64,000 nucleotides of DNA from a virus (IMGVR_UViG_3300029258_003380:33967-97966), one strand, 5' to 3'. Numbered from the stretch's first letter, positions 18,569-28,876 are shown. Notes: generated from the letters alone by a model not told the origin. Made by a program: numbers and translations.

Positions 18569-19600
18569 TTGGAAATCGGAATCTTTACATCGAGCCAGAA
18601 GAACGACGATGGCGTGCCGATATCTTTTTTCGGCATGAACGACACCCACATTTTGGCGGCACTGTATAAAGCTGCGACAGCGATTGCTGGTCCTGGCATG
18701 GACTCATTTGATCCGCCGGCAGGCATGAAGGTGCACAAGGTCGGTTCTGTTTCGGTGGAGGGAGTCGACGACGAGTCGGTGTATGTTATTCAGGCCGATG
18801 ATGCTGCCAAGCCAGAGGGTGGTCGCATGCCAGGTGGTGCCAACGGGACATGGGCCATACAGTCGCTTATCTTTAGCAAAGATGAATTCACCGTTGAGAC
18901 CGCGCGCAAATGGGTAACCGACCACGATGGCTTCGGTGACTATGGCGTGGACGAGACCGAGACTTCGTTTAGATTCCGTCAGTACGACCCTGAATATTTC
19001 GATGAGTTCCGCACGATAACAGTGGACACGGGCATATCGGCCTCCTATGGCAAGATTGACAAAGAGACGGATACCACGACAGAAGATGCAGCCAAATCTT
19101 TGGAGGCGTCTATCCGCAAGTGGGAAGCTGTTCACAACGTCAACAAGGCGATCATGGCCTCTGGGCTAAAGGTCCTTTCCGAGACGGCAGTTGTGACCAA
19201 AGGCGAGGATGGCGAATCCGAGGAACGCTTTGTCATGTCCCTAGTGTTGGAGCCGAACGACGGCCAAGACGGGGCTCCTCTTAAGCCTGATACACAGGGT
19301 GACATTTACAGCGCGGCAGATGTACGCAAAGCGGCTCATGCTTGGATGGAGCACCACGGCGCGATAGATCTGCGCCATTCCTGGAAGGCACTTGGCAAGG
19401 ACGAGGTCCGGCCACTCGAGACATACGTGGCTCCTGTAGATTTCACATTGGGTGAAGGGGACAATGCGTACGACGTAATCAAAGGAACATGGCTGCTAGG
19501 TGTTCGTATCGTAGACGATAAATTATGGGACGAAGTCAAAGACGGCGAACTAGGGGCTTATAGCATCGGTGGCACCGCCATCCGTGAGCCAGCAGAGTAG
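18569..19600 (+). CDS. XkdF-like prohead serine protease
   Basis: GGAGGT + TTG start; VLEP...DTQGDIY...VRKAAH, KGTWLLG...LWDEVKDGELGAYSIGG. Confidence 0.85.
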   Translation: MEIGIFTSSQKNDDGVPISFFGMNDTHILAALYKAATAIAGPGMDSFDPPAGMKVHKVGSVSVEGVDDESVYVIQADDAAKPEGGRMPGGANGTWAIQSLIFSKDEFTVETARKWVTDHDGFGDYGVDETETSFRFRQYDPEYFDEFRTITVDTGISASYGKIDKETDTTTEDAAKSLEASIRKWEAVHNVNKAIMASGLKVLSETAVVTKGEDGESEERFVMSLVLEPNDGQDGAPLKPDTQGDIYSAADVRKAAHAWMEHHGAIDLRHSWKALGKDEVRPLETYVAPVDFTLGEGDNAYDVIKGTWLLGVRIVDDKLWDEVKDGELGAYSIGGTAIREPAE

Positions 19601-19609
19601 GAGTTAAGA

Positions 19610-20653
19610 ATGACTATTCCACGCAGTTGGAGCAATAAGGGCGCCGACGATCAGAAGAATGTTTTTCGTCTAACGGATATGGATCCGGAGTTTGTTTCCC
19701 TAGTCACAGCAGGAGCTAATCGCCAAAAGCAGTTTCAGGTAGTCAAGGCGGACGATGCCTCTGATGATGTTCCCGGGGACGACGCGGACAACGACACAAA
19801 GGTGAAGACCCATAAAGCACGTGCCGAACATTTTGGAATCGAAATGCGTGAAGACGGCAACTTGTCATACCCAAGCGGAGAGCCAACGACGAAGTCCCTT
19901 TATGGAGACCCGGTCAATCTCATGTATCCGCTTGGAGTGAATGGCAACGAGGCAGATGGTGAGCTGATCAGCAAAGCCATCGCTCTATTTGAAAAAGACT
20001 CGGATAAGTACAAAGATATGATATCCAAGGTAGGAGTTTTTGCACGAATCATAACGGCTGCGTTGGCAGCAGATGTCGATGTGACCTGCCAAAAAGATGA
20101 CGAGATATACGAGGCGCTACCCGCTGAAATCAAGGAGCGCATCAAAGAAAAGGCGGCAGCTGGTGAAGACGGCGGCGACGATGAAACCGATGGCAACGGG
20201 AACACCTCTCAGGGCGAAGATCTCTCGTCCTGGCTACAAGATGCAGGTGACCACGTGCAGACGCTCTCTCTGGATGTAGCAATCCAGAACGCGCTGGACG
20301 CCCAGGCCGACGGAGACGCACCTGAACACGCAGCAGCCAAAGGGGCGCAAGAGATCAACACCACGGCGGCGCCTCCCGTGGCGAAGGTTGGGGTACAGGC
20401 AGACAGTGACGGGCAGAATTTACAAGATGCCAAGATTGCCAAGCTCGAGGGTGAGCTTAAGAAAGCGCGGAGGGAAATCGTCGCGTTTAAGGCTAAGGTA
20501 TCGCGCCTGTCCAAGGGTGTGGGCAAATCCAGTGTTATGTTGACCGGCGAAGTCGGAGCACCAAGCACATCTGCTCATACTGAAAAATCAAGTCCTTCTC
20601 ACGGTGCATTTAGCGCCGGAGGTGACATCGCTGCGGCGATTAGAGAGGACTAA
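19610..20653 (+). CDS. Capsid scaffolding/assembly protein
   Basis: N-terminal EFVSLVTAGAN motif, C-terminal coiled coil; directly upstream of capsid. Confidence 0.7.
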   Translation: MTIPRSWSNKGADDQKNVFRLTDMDPEFVSLVTAGANRQKQFQVVKADDASDDVPGDDADNDTKVKTHKARAEHFGIEMREDGNLSYPSGEPTTKSLYGDPVNLMYPLGVNGNEADGELISKAIALFEKDSDKYKDMISKVGVFARIITAALAADVDVTCQKDDEIYEALPAEIKERIKEKAAAGEDGGDDETDGNGNTSQGEDLSSWLQDAGDHVQTLSLDVAIQNALDAQADGDAPEHAAAKGAQEINTTAAPPVAKVGVQADSDGQNLQDAKIAKLEGELKKARREIVAFKAKVSRLSKGVGKSSVMLTGEVGAPSTSAHTEKSSPSHGAFSAGGDIAAAIRED

Positions 20654-20685
20654 CACCAACAAGACCCACAAGGGAGGAACTAAAA

Positions 20686-21624
20686 ATGGCAACTGCAAAT
20701 CAAACAATCATGGCCAAAGCGGACATGGAGGTCGCTGACCTCATCGCCGATGGTGGATATCTTCAAGCCGAGCAATCTGAGAAGTTTGTCGTAGACATGA
20801 TCAAAGCATCCGTGCTTATGAGCATGATCAACGTGCAGACTACGAAGTCGCACACCAAGCAAATCGACAAGGTCGGGATCAGTGGCCGCGTACTGCGCCC
20901 TGGTACCAGTGGACATGCACTCGCAGCGGCGGACAGGGTAAAACCCACCACCGACAACGAGACATTGCACACGCATCTAATGAAGTCCGAGATCAACCTC
21001 AACGACGAGGTACTCGAAGACAACATCGAGGGCGGAAACTTCAAAACGACGGTCATGGCCATGATGGCAGATCATACGGCCCTGGACCTGGACGACCTCC
21101 TGGCCAACGGCGACACCACTTCGGCCGACCCGTTGCTCGCGCTGCTCGACGGCATGATCGTGTCGGCAACGTCGCACATCGTGAACGCAGCTGGTGTACC
21201 AATTGCGAAGTCGATGCTGAAGGATGCGATCAAGGCGATGCCATCGCAGTACAACCGCATGAAACGGAACCAGCGATTCCTGACGTCGGAAGATGCGCAG
21301 ATCGACTACCACGACTACCTGGCCGACCGAGCCACTGTCCTGGGTGACAAGAAAGTTCAGGACGACTCGCCAGATCGCTACGGCAACAGGGCGATCACGG
21401 GTATTCCGGTATTCCCGGACGACTTGGGCGTTGGTAGTGACGAGACAGCGGTTCTGTTACTGGATCCCAAACTGGCGATCTGGGGATTCTGGCGCAAGGT
21501 CAAGGTCGAGACCGATAGGGATATTCGCACAGGCGAATGGATCATGGTCACGTCCTTGCGTGGTGGATTCCTCTACAAAGAGGAAGACGCGGTCGTCAAA
21601 ATCATAGGCGTCAAGACTCAGTAG
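20686..21624 (+). CDS. Major capsid protein (HK97 fold, XkdG-like)
   Basis: GGYLQAEQSEKF, EVLEDNIEG, DLLANGDT, EEDAVVK; strong RBS and biased codon usage. Confidence 0.9.
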   Translation: MATANQTIMAKADMEVADLIADGGYLQAEQSEKFVVDMIKASVLMSMINVQTTKSHTKQIDKVGISGRVLRPGTSGHALAAADRVKPTTDNETLHTHLMKSEINLNDEVLEDNIEGGNFKTTVMAMMADHTALDLDDLLANGDTTSADPLLALLDGMIVSATSHIVNAAGVPIAKSMLKDAIKAMPSQYNRMKRNQRFLTSEDAQIDYHDYLADRATVLGDKKVQDDSPDRYGNRAITGIPVFPDDLGVGSDETAVLLLDPKLAIWGFWRKVKVETDRDIRTGEWIMVTSLRGGFLYKEEDAVVKIIGVKTQ

Positions 21625-21688
21625 TCCATAGCGTCACAGTTGTTCGAACGAATACGGCGTAATATTCGCCTAAAAATGGAGGAATAAA

Positions 21689-22042
21689 ATGGCCCTTGGA
21701 GCAATTACAATTCATGCCGTAAGGCAAACAGAGGCGGGTGGACAAGCACTGGTATGCAGTTGTGCAGGTGATGGTGCGTACGTGGCCGGCGGAACAGCCG
21801 ACTTCAACGCATCTCTTCGCGCCGCGATCAAAACACTTCACGCCGCAGCAACCGACAAGAACGTGCGCGGTGAAGAAAATGTCTCGTGTCTCTACGTTGT
21901 CCCGGCAAGGGCAGGCGTTTACGTGCCCAGTTATGACTACGCGAACGACAAGCTGTTCGTGTATGACAACAGCACAGACGCAGAGTCCATCGTCGCAAAC
22001 ATGAGCGGCACAACTTTCGAATTCGTCGCGGTTTGTAAGTAA
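21689..22042 (+). CDS. Probable head decoration protein
   Basis: Small protein right after capsid; GDGAYVAGG motif; strong RBS. Confidence 0.65.
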   Translation: MALGAITIHAVRQTEAGGQALVCSCAGDGAYVAGGTADFNASLRAAIKTLHAAATDKNVRGEENVSCLYVVPARAGVYVPSYDYANDKLFVYDNSTDAESIVANMSGTTFEFVAVCK

Positions 22043-22070
22043 GAATCGCGTTCGACAGACCTACGGGGAA

Positions 22071-22123
22071 GCGGCGGCCCTCCGCCCAAGTGATCCCCCC
22101 CCACATCAACGGGGGGTCGCCGC
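22071..22123 (+). other. GC-rich RNA stem-loop (14 bp) with C8-containing loop
   Basis: 22071-22084 pairs with 22110-22123 (2 G-U, no mismatch); no U-tract. Confidence 0.65.
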
Positions 22124-22168
22124 CAAACTGTACAGGGGTTGAAGAGTAGTAAAGAAAAGGAGAATCGC

Positions 22169-22783
22169 ATGATCACGGCAGTTAGACTATTAGAATACGA
22201 CAAGCGCAAGAATCATTGTCTGCGGACCTACACCTCTGGGGCGACAGGTACTAAGTACACGTCTGGGTCGGTGGCAAGCCCGTCGGCATTTCGCGTCGTC
22301 CGCAACAGGAATGAACTGCAGGAGCTTTCCAGTTTTCCACAGTTTGAAATCAAACAGTTTGAAGATCTGGATCATCTGCATGAGTTCGTGCAGCACGAGA
22401 TGGAACAGCGTGCACGAGTTGGTTTGCCAGCGGTACGTGCTGCAGTAATGGGAGGACCGTCAGGAAACGCAAGTGGCAAGCATGTACGACCTACAGTAGA
22501 AAGCCGTCTGCCACGTGCCGCATCCGGACCTCCATCTGATCACACCAAGACGAACACAGGTCGTCAGCCATTGGTTCCGAACACCAAAGAAGATGGTGCC
22601 AACCGAGCCGATGGAGGGGACGCGAAGAAGACAGAAGAGAAAAATGAAAAGAAGGTCCAGGAACCGTCGACGGGCAAAAAGACTCCGCCAAAGAAGTCCG
22701 GCAAGGGCAAGGGCGGAAAGAAGACCAGTAATAAAAAGGCTGCGAGAAAACGAGCGGTGAAACCAGCGGACAACGACAAATAG
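22169..22783 (+). CDS. Hypothetical protein with Lys-rich disordered tail
   Basis: AAGGAG RBS before ATG22169; KKSGKGKGGKK. Confidence 0.75.
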   Translation: MITAVRLLEYDKRKNHCLRTYTSGATGTKYTSGSVASPSAFRVVRNRNELQELSSFPQFEIKQFEDLDHLHEFVQHEMEQRARVGLPAVRAAVMGGPSGNASGKHVRPTVESRLPRAASGPPSDHTKTNTGRQPLVPNTKEDGANRADGGDAKKTEEKNEKKVQEPSTGKKTPPKKSGKGKGGKKTSNKKAARKRAVKPADNDK

Positions 22784-22795
22784 TCGGAGGAAGTT

Positions 22796-23071
22796 ATGGG
22801 ACAAACACCGCAGCCGCGACACGCGGCGATACGAGACACTGGGGACTTGGCACTAGCTGCCTTTGCCCACATGGAAGGTTTTCGGGTTGTCAAGGCAGAG
22901 GAGAACAAACGTGGCCGCATCACTGAGTACAGGTTTACTATCGAGGATCCTGACGAGCGGTGGGAATCACTTTGTTTGGACTTTGCAAACTCAGAGGCAC
23001 AGCGACACGACGCATCTGTGCGCATGTTGAAGCGCCTCTGTAAACGTTCGGCCCGTAACGGGGGTCATTGA
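22796..23071 (+). CDS. DUF5659-like small phage protein
   Basis: GGAGG RBS; TGDLALAAF...GF...FTIED pattern. Confidence 0.65.
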   Translation: MGQTPQPRHAAIRDTGDLALAAFAHMEGFRVVKAEENKRGRITEYRFTIEDPDERWESLCLDFANSEAQRHDASVRMLKRLCKRSARNGGH

Positions 23072-23084
23072 CTGAGGATGACAC

Positions 23085-24137
23085 GTGGCGATTGCGAATA
23101 TTAGATGGCAGGTTGATGCGGTAACACTGGCGGCGCTGGTTGCTGCCGGGTTCGACGCATGGCTTGTCGAGCGCCAAGACGGACCATTCTGGGCAGAAAT
23201 ATCCTACGAGACAACACGACCACCAATAAACGCAGCGGCACTAACCTATCTGTACACAGATCCTTCAGGTCCTGTCGATGCCATTACTGGTGAGGCCAGC
23301 GGTAACTACAGGGCCACACCTTATCGTACAAGTGATGCAGCGACAGACGTACCCATCGGTGCGACCAAGGCAAGGCGCGGATACATAACACCCGATGACG
23401 TCTGGGCCGAGGGTTATGCAAACCCACCCTGGACTCCTGCTTTGGTATGGCGAGGAATTGACAGGGCTACCAACACAATTGATGCCTTGTGCCGCCAGTG
23501 GTTTGAGCCGAGGTATTCGCAGTTTAGTTTCGACGGAACAGGCCATGATCAATTATGGCTGGACCTGCCGATAGCCGCACTTCACGCCATGCTGTATCAA
23601 GACGACACAGTTGTGGAGGTTGACGACTTTGAGGTGTACAATCGTCATCTCACAAGGGGGCAGCTAAACCCTGACGACCGTGCGAGTCCTAAAGTTACAT
23701 ACGCAGATGATCTGTTCTTAGGATCCCGTCGCCGTCGTAGTAGCAGATATAGGGACGGAGCATTGTTTGGATCTGGCAGGAAGAACGTAATCCTCAAGGG
23801 CATATTTGGATACACGGAACTTGGCCCCGGCGATATAGCGGCCGAGACAGTTGTACACTCCCAGATTCCAATAAGCTATGGCCAGACGCCGTCGGAGATA
23901 GTCCGTGCCTGTTTATTGCTGACACTGACATACATGCTGCCGGCAGATGAACAACAGGAAGCTGCACTGGCCAGTAGGATAACCAAGGTGAAGACGAGGG
24001 ACCAGTGGATGGAGTTCGCAGATCCTGGCGGCGGCGGTGCTAATCCAGACGCGAGTTATGGTCTGACTGGCAACATCGAGGTGGACAACATTTTGATGAG
24101 ATATTCTGGTCCGATTCGAATGGGTGGAATTGGATAA
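23085..24137 (+). CDS. Head-tail adaptor/connector
   Basis: IDRATNTIDALCRQWFEP, FGYTE, TPSEIVRACLLL; position. Confidence 0.75.
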   Translation: MAIANIRWQVDAVTLAALVAAGFDAWLVERQDGPFWAEISYETTRPPINAAALTYLYTDPSGPVDAITGEASGNYRATPYRTSDAATDVPIGATKARRGYITPDDVWAEGYANPPWTPALVWRGIDRATNTIDALCRQWFEPRYSQFSFDGTGHDQLWLDLPIAALHAMLYQDDTVVEVDDFEVYNRHLTRGQLNPDDRASPKVTYADDLFLGSRRRRSSRYRDGALFGSGRKNVILKGIFGYTELGPGDIAAETVVHSQIPISYGQTPSEIVRACLLLTLTYMLPADEQQEAALASRITKVKTRDQWMEFADPGGGGANPDASYGLTGNIEVDNILMRYSGPIRMGGIG

Positions 24138-24667
24138 TGGGTATCGTTACACGAGGCCGTCTGATCAATAAATTCGTGGCTGTGATCATGCGCTTGGACA
24201 CAGAGGCTACGTCTCTTGTTGCCGGTGGAGGATATGATCCAGAATTTGACGCTACGATACCGGTCAGCGATGGCACACAACTTGGCTCGACGTCTCGGAG
24301 AGAAATGGCAGCGTTGCGTCTCAATGTTCAACTAGATCGGAAGTCCTGGGGTGAACAGAACATGACACGGGGCGGTCGCCAGATAGTGGCTGATATTGTG
24401 CTTGTGTTCCATTGGCCCGACCTGGAGAACATGGGACTGATCAATGCAGATGGCGAGTGCACCTTGAAAAAGGGCGACAGAATCGACCGTATCGAAACTC
24501 GCAAAGGAGCAATCGAGGCGACATTCGATAATCCACCTGGGATGTTCATCGATGGTTTCGAACGCGCCGGCCATGGGCTTGCACCGTTTGGAACGCCGAG
24601 AACAAATCTGTTATACACATACTGCGCATACGACCGAGTGGCCGGTGTTGCCGCTGGAGGTGTATAA
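24137..24667 (+). CDS. Head closure/neck protein
   Basis: Synteny between adaptor and neck protein; TAATG coupling. Confidence 0.65.
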   Translation: MGIVTRGRLINKFVAVIMRLDTEATSLVAGGGYDPEFDATIPVSDGTQLGSTSRREMAALRLNVQLDRKSWGEQNMTRGGRQIVADIVLVFHWPDLENMGLINADGECTLKKGDRIDRIETRKGAIEATFDNPPGMFIDGFERAGHGLAPFGTPRTNLLYTYCAYDRVAGVAAGGV

Positions 24668-25212
24668 TGACGGTACGAATCTCAGTGACTCAGCACGGTA
24701 TAGATAGGATGTTCCAATCTGTAGAACGTTGGGCCCGCAAGTCCGAGGGTGCAGTGGCGCGTACAACTGGGAAACTGGCGCAGGAACTCCGGAAGGACAT
24801 TGTCACCGGCATAAAGAGCCAGGCACCGGGAGGGATGCAGTTTGTTCCGTTGAAAGCGGCGACGATAGCAGCCAAAGGTAGCAGCAAGGCACTCATCGAC
24901 AACGGCGATATGCTCAGGTCTGTGAATGTTACCAAACTGAACCCATTGGCCTACTTTGTAGGAATTCACCGCGCAGTTAAAACACGAGACGGCAAGTCGA
25001 TGGTGAACCTTGCCGAGGTGCACGAATATGGTTCTAAGAAAGCCAACATACCACCTCGGCCGTTCCTTGTCCCTTCGTACAACGCATGGGCATATGAAGT
25101 GCAGAAGCGTTTTGCGGAGATGGTAGCACGTGACATCGGCGTTCCAATGATCGGTTCGCTACAGGGCAACGTAGGCAGTCGCATGGGCGGCGTCACGTTT
25201 GGAGACGGCTAA
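24667..25212 (+). CDS. Neck/virion morphogenesis protein
   Basis: PLKAATIAAKGSSKALIDNG, AEVHEYG, IPPRPFL. Confidence 0.8.
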   Translation: MTVRISVTQHGIDRMFQSVERWARKSEGAVARTTGKLAQELRKDIVTGIKSQAPGGMQFVPLKAATIAAKGSSKALIDNGDMLRSVNVTKLNPLAYFVGIHRAVKTRDGKSMVNLAEVHEYGSKKANIPPRPFLVPSYNAWAYEVQKRFAEMVARDIGVPMIGSLQGNVGSRMGGVTFGDG

Positions 25213-26180
25213 TGGCAGTCCCAACCGTAACAGGCGTGAACCCAGCGAGCGGGAGCACCCGAGGTAAGAACGTGATTCGTATAGAGGGTACTAATTTCAG
25301 GCTTCCGGATCCTCCGCCTTTAACTGGCGAAGTACAGTCCGAACAACAGAAGACGGTATCTGTGCAGTTCGAGGGTGAAGAATCAGAGTGGGCATACAGC
25401 GCGAGCGATTCGCTCATATTGGCCCGTGTGCCAACATGGAATGGGCCCTATGATATAACCTTCCCGGCACAACTAGATGTGCGTGTGGCCAACCTGGACA
25501 ACAGCGGCGTGGAGATCCCCGGTGAGAACGCCACATTAGCTGACGCCTATTCGATCAACAGGCCTTCCCTTCAAAACGAGTCATATTTGCAACGTGTTGT
25601 GCGCGAGGTGATTCGTTTATTCAGACGCCACGTGCTGGAGAACACACACCACACGACCTCCAGGGACTTCTCGTTGTCACCTGCTACACAGGAGACGCTT
25701 CGTGCAGAGGGGCCCCTGGTACAACTAGGAGGGCCCAGTCTCGTACTGAACAGGTTTCATACCATAGAGCGCGAGACCGTAGAGGAAGACCCTTTGGGTG
25801 GCGTAGACGGCAGGATGCGTCGCAAACCTCCTGTGACTGTTGACATGAATTTCTTGACAACGGTCTGGGCAAACAACATCTACCATCTCGAGGGACTTGT
25901 TCAGGCACTCTTGTTGTTTCAACGCGACATAAAACTGGTCAAGGTTCCGAGAGATCCGACAAATCCTGCCGCTGGCACGAAGGACTATGAGTTCCGGATG
26001 TCCTGGGATTCGTATCCAGATATCAATTCCGACCCAACAACTGATGATCTGATGTACGCCGCGGCAACATTTTTCGTAAGAGGCGTGCATATTGACGAAG
26101 ATATTGGTACCATAGTCGAGCGTGGCTGGATAATTACGCAGAACAACGGGGATCCCGTGCTGCAAGTCCAGTCACACTAG
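25212..26180 (+). CDS. IPT/TIG-domain tail terminator-like protein
   Basis: PTVTGVNPASGSTRGKNVIRIEGTNF (IPT/TIG); precedes sheath. Confidence 0.7.
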   Translation: MAVPTVTGVNPASGSTRGKNVIRIEGTNFRLPDPPPLTGEVQSEQQKTVSVQFEGEESEWAYSASDSLILARVPTWNGPYDITFPAQLDVRVANLDNSGVEIPGENATLADAYSINRPSLQNESYLQRVVREVIRLFRRHVLENTHHTTSRDFSLSPATQETLRAEGPLVQLGGPSLVLNRFHTIERETVEEDPLGGVDGRMRRKPPVTVDMNFLTTVWANNIYHLEGLVQALLLFQRDIKLVKVPRDPTNPAAGTKDYEFRMSWDSYPDINSDPTTDDLMYAAATFFVRGVHIDEDIGTIVERGWIITQNNGDPVLQVQSH

Positions 26181-26189
26181 GAGGTCAAG

Positions 26190-26552
26190 ATGAAAACGGG
26201 ACAAATTATTATTGAAAATCAAACAGAGCGGCACGTCACGTACCGCATTGATCACAAGGCCGTGTGCGTAAAAATAGGCAAATGTTTCTGTCGCCAGGGG
26301 CGTCGAAGCCTGGTTGCCTATTCGTTCCACGTACCCGGCGGTAAGGGTAAGCGGACTTTGCCGTTGCATCCAGGGGTCACAATGATTCCAGAGTTGAAAC
26401 GGGATCTTGGTGGACGGAAACCAGCGATGAAAATCGTTGGAGCGAAGCCCAGCGAGGAAGCCGCGGAGAAACTGGCTAACAAAGCGGCCAGTGGTGATAA
26501 GCCAAGTTCCAAGTCCGGCAAGGGCAAGGGCGGCAAGACGGGGCAGAAGTAG
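26190..26552 (+). CDS. Small basic pre-sheath protein
   Basis: GGAGG RBS; CVKIGKCFC; KSGKGKGGK tail. Confidence 0.7.
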   Translation: MKTGQIIIENQTERHVTYRIDHKAVCVKIGKCFCRQGRRSLVAYSFHVPGGKGKRTLPLHPGVTMIPELKRDLGGRKPAMKIVGAKPSEEAAEKLANKAASGDKPSSKSGKGKGGKTGQK

Positions 26553-26599
26553 GACAACCACAATAGCAACCGCTTCCGCATGGAAGCAGGAGGACGACG

Positions 26600-28876
26600 A
26601 TGGGAGCAGAACTTCTTGCCAGTAAAGTCGTGATCCTTGAGGAGGAGCCGTCAATCCCAACCATAGCAGCACTGCCGAGTGCAGTGACATTGTGCTTGGG
26701 AATTACGGAGCGCGGTCCCATCGCTGACCCGCAACTCCTAACTTCGTTTGAGGATTACAATAGAATCTTCGGTGGGTTCACCCTGGATAGTGACGTAGCA
26801 GTTGCCGCGTACGGATTCTTTCGCCAGGGCGGTACTTTCATGTGGGGTAGCCGTACGTGCCACTTCACCGATCTCACCGATCCAAACACAGCAACGGCCG
26901 AGAAAGGTAGTGTGATGCTGAACAACAGCGGATCGCTTGCCACGCCTGCGGTAGTGGGACCAGGCACAGGGGTGTCTCCGTTTGTGATGACCGACGGCAT
27001 GCACATCGACATCGACATCGGTGCTGGTCCTGTCGTGGTGACATTCAACGGGACTCCGGCACAGGTGCCAAACGCGCCAGTGGTCGGGCCGTACGCTCTA
27101 ATCGGTGGCGAGACGCTGCTGGTGGACGTGGATGGTGTGAGCCAAATCGTAACGTTCTTGCCAACAGACTTCGCAGTTCCAGGTGCAGCGACCGGTCTAG
27201 AAGTTGCAGCAAGGATCAACTCCGACCTGAGTGGAGCCAAGTGTATTCCTGTGGGCGTAGCTCCAGGACCATACGGTCTGATGCTGGAGACGGATGGATC
27301 TGGCAACGACTACTCGCTCAACGTCACCGGTGGAACCGCTGCGCCAGTATTGCTGTTTGCTCCTGGTCTTGTAGTGGGACCTGGCAACGTTGGTAACATC
27401 GCGCTTGTCCTGGCAACAGAGGTCGAGGCGATTGTTGAGGCTACGGTTGGTTTGCTCGGTTTGATCGACGTGATCGTTGGTGGTGGTGTCCCAGGTGACA
27501 TTACAATCGAGACGATTGCAACTGGTCTGTTGGCGCAGATCCAGGTCATGCCGGCATCCACAGTGGACTTCGGTCTGGACAACTTGGTTCACAATGGAGC
27601 CGATGCTGCGGTGCAGCCGACACTCTTGGTCGAGGGTAAAACACCCGGGAGTTACACAGACGACATCCGGATCATCATCGAAGCGGCCACCAACGGCATC
27701 GCCACATATTTCAACCTGAAGGTTGATGTGAGCGGTATCGTTAAAGAGACGTGGCCAAACTGCACAATGGACGACACATCTGCCGACTACGTTGAGACGT
27801 TGATGAACGACGTGAATCTTGGGTCTTTGCTGGTCAAGGTGGTCGATCAGGGTCTGGCACCGGTTGGTATCAAACGCCCCGCAGACGGAACGAGCGCGAC
27901 GATGACAGGTGGAGACGATGGTCTTCTGGGGATCGCAGATGCCGACTACGTAGGGAACGTAGCAGGTCCAACTGGTCTCTACACATTTGACCGAATTCAG
28001 ACCGGCCGGATACTGATCATTCCTGGTCTGTACACGGAAGTTATTCACAAGGGCATGCTGGACTATGCGGAAATCGACCGTAACGGTTCCATGTTCTGCT
28101 TCTTGGACTGTCCGCCTCAGAACACGAAGACACAGGTCGTGACGTACCTGGTTGGTGCAGGATTGCTGGAGTACAGCGAATTCGGTGCCATCCACTGGCC
28201 TTGGATCAAGGTTGGCAACCCGCAGCCGGCGGTTTTTGGCACAGACAGCGAGATCACGATCCCGCCATCGGGTTGGATTGCTGGCAAGTGCGCAGCAAAC
28301 GACCAGCGGCGAGGTGGAGTATACGAGGCACCCGCCGGCTACGGCGAGGGATGGGGCGTGATACGGGGCATGACCGATGTGGAAGATGATCCACAGGGTC
28401 AGACCGAGCACGAGGTACTGGACGAGAAGACACGAGACTATGTGTATCCGTACAGGATCAATCCATTCAACCGGACCAACGGAGGCCTGTGGTATATGGA
28501 CGGGTCACGCACGTTGAAGTCCACTGGCAACTTCCCAAGCATCGGAGAGCGGCGCGGTGTGATCTTCATCGCAGAGTCGATCAAGGCAGGATTGCAGGTT
28601 TTCCGTCACCGATTCAACAACAGGGCGAACCGCATGCGCGCAGAGAGGTCTACCAGGGTATTCCTCGAGGTAGAAATGAACAAGGGAGCATTCCGCAGCA
28701 CGAATCCTGCGACTGCGTTCTTTGTGGACTTCTCGGATGCTCTGAACCCGGTGGCCAACGAGTTCGCGGGAATCATGACTGGTCGTATCGGTCTTGCCAC
28801 AAACAAGCCGACTGACTGGATCATATTGCTAATTACGCAGGACACGAGGGCACTAGAGGAAAGCCTCGCAGCCTAA
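26600..28876 (+). CDS. Contractile tail sheath protein with inserted domains
   Basis: LGITERGP...LTSFEDYNRIFGG, FFRQGG, IPPSGWIAG, GSRTLK, GLATNKP. Confidence 0.93.
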   Translation: MGAELLASKVVILEEEPSIPTIAALPSAVTLCLGITERGPIADPQLLTSFEDYNRIFGGFTLDSDVAVAAYGFFRQGGTFMWGSRTCHFTDLTDPNTATAEKGSVMLNNSGSLATPAVVGPGTGVSPFVMTDGMHIDIDIGAGPVVVTFNGTPAQVPNAPVVGPYALIGGETLLVDVDGVSQIVTFLPTDFAVPGAATGLEVAARINSDLSGAKCIPVGVAPGPYGLMLETDGSGNDYSLNVTGGTAAPVLLFAPGLVVGPGNVGNIALVLATEVEAIVEATVGLLGLIDVIVGGGVPGDITIETIATGLLAQIQVMPASTVDFGLDNLVHNGADAAVQPTLLVEGKTPGSYTDDIRIIIEAATNGIATYFNLKVDVSGIVKETWPNCTMDDTSADYVETLMNDVNLGSLLVKVVDQGLAPVGIKRPADGTSATMTGGDDGLLGIADADYVGNVAGPTGLYTFDRIQTGRILIIPGLYTEVIHKGMLDYAEIDRNGSMFCFLDCPPQNTKTQVVTYLVGAGLLEYSEFGAIHWPWIKVGNPQPAVFGTDSEITIPPSGWIAGKCAANDQRRGGVYEAPAGYGEGWGVIRGMTDVEDDPQGQTEHEVLDEKTRDYVYPYRINPFNRTNGGLWYMDGSRTLKSTGNFPSIGERRGVIFIAESIKAGLQVFRHRFNNRANRMRAERSTRVFLEVEMNKGAFRSTNPATAFFVDFSDALNPVANEFAGIMTGRIGLATNKPTDWIILLITQDTRALEESLAA

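Noticed and set aside
27197-28411. Long minus-strand ORFs (404 aa here; also 17653-18738, 34313-35242, 31766-32569, 57778-58596)
   Set aside because: They shadow well-supported + strand genes, carry no recognisable motifs, and are expected from codon bias
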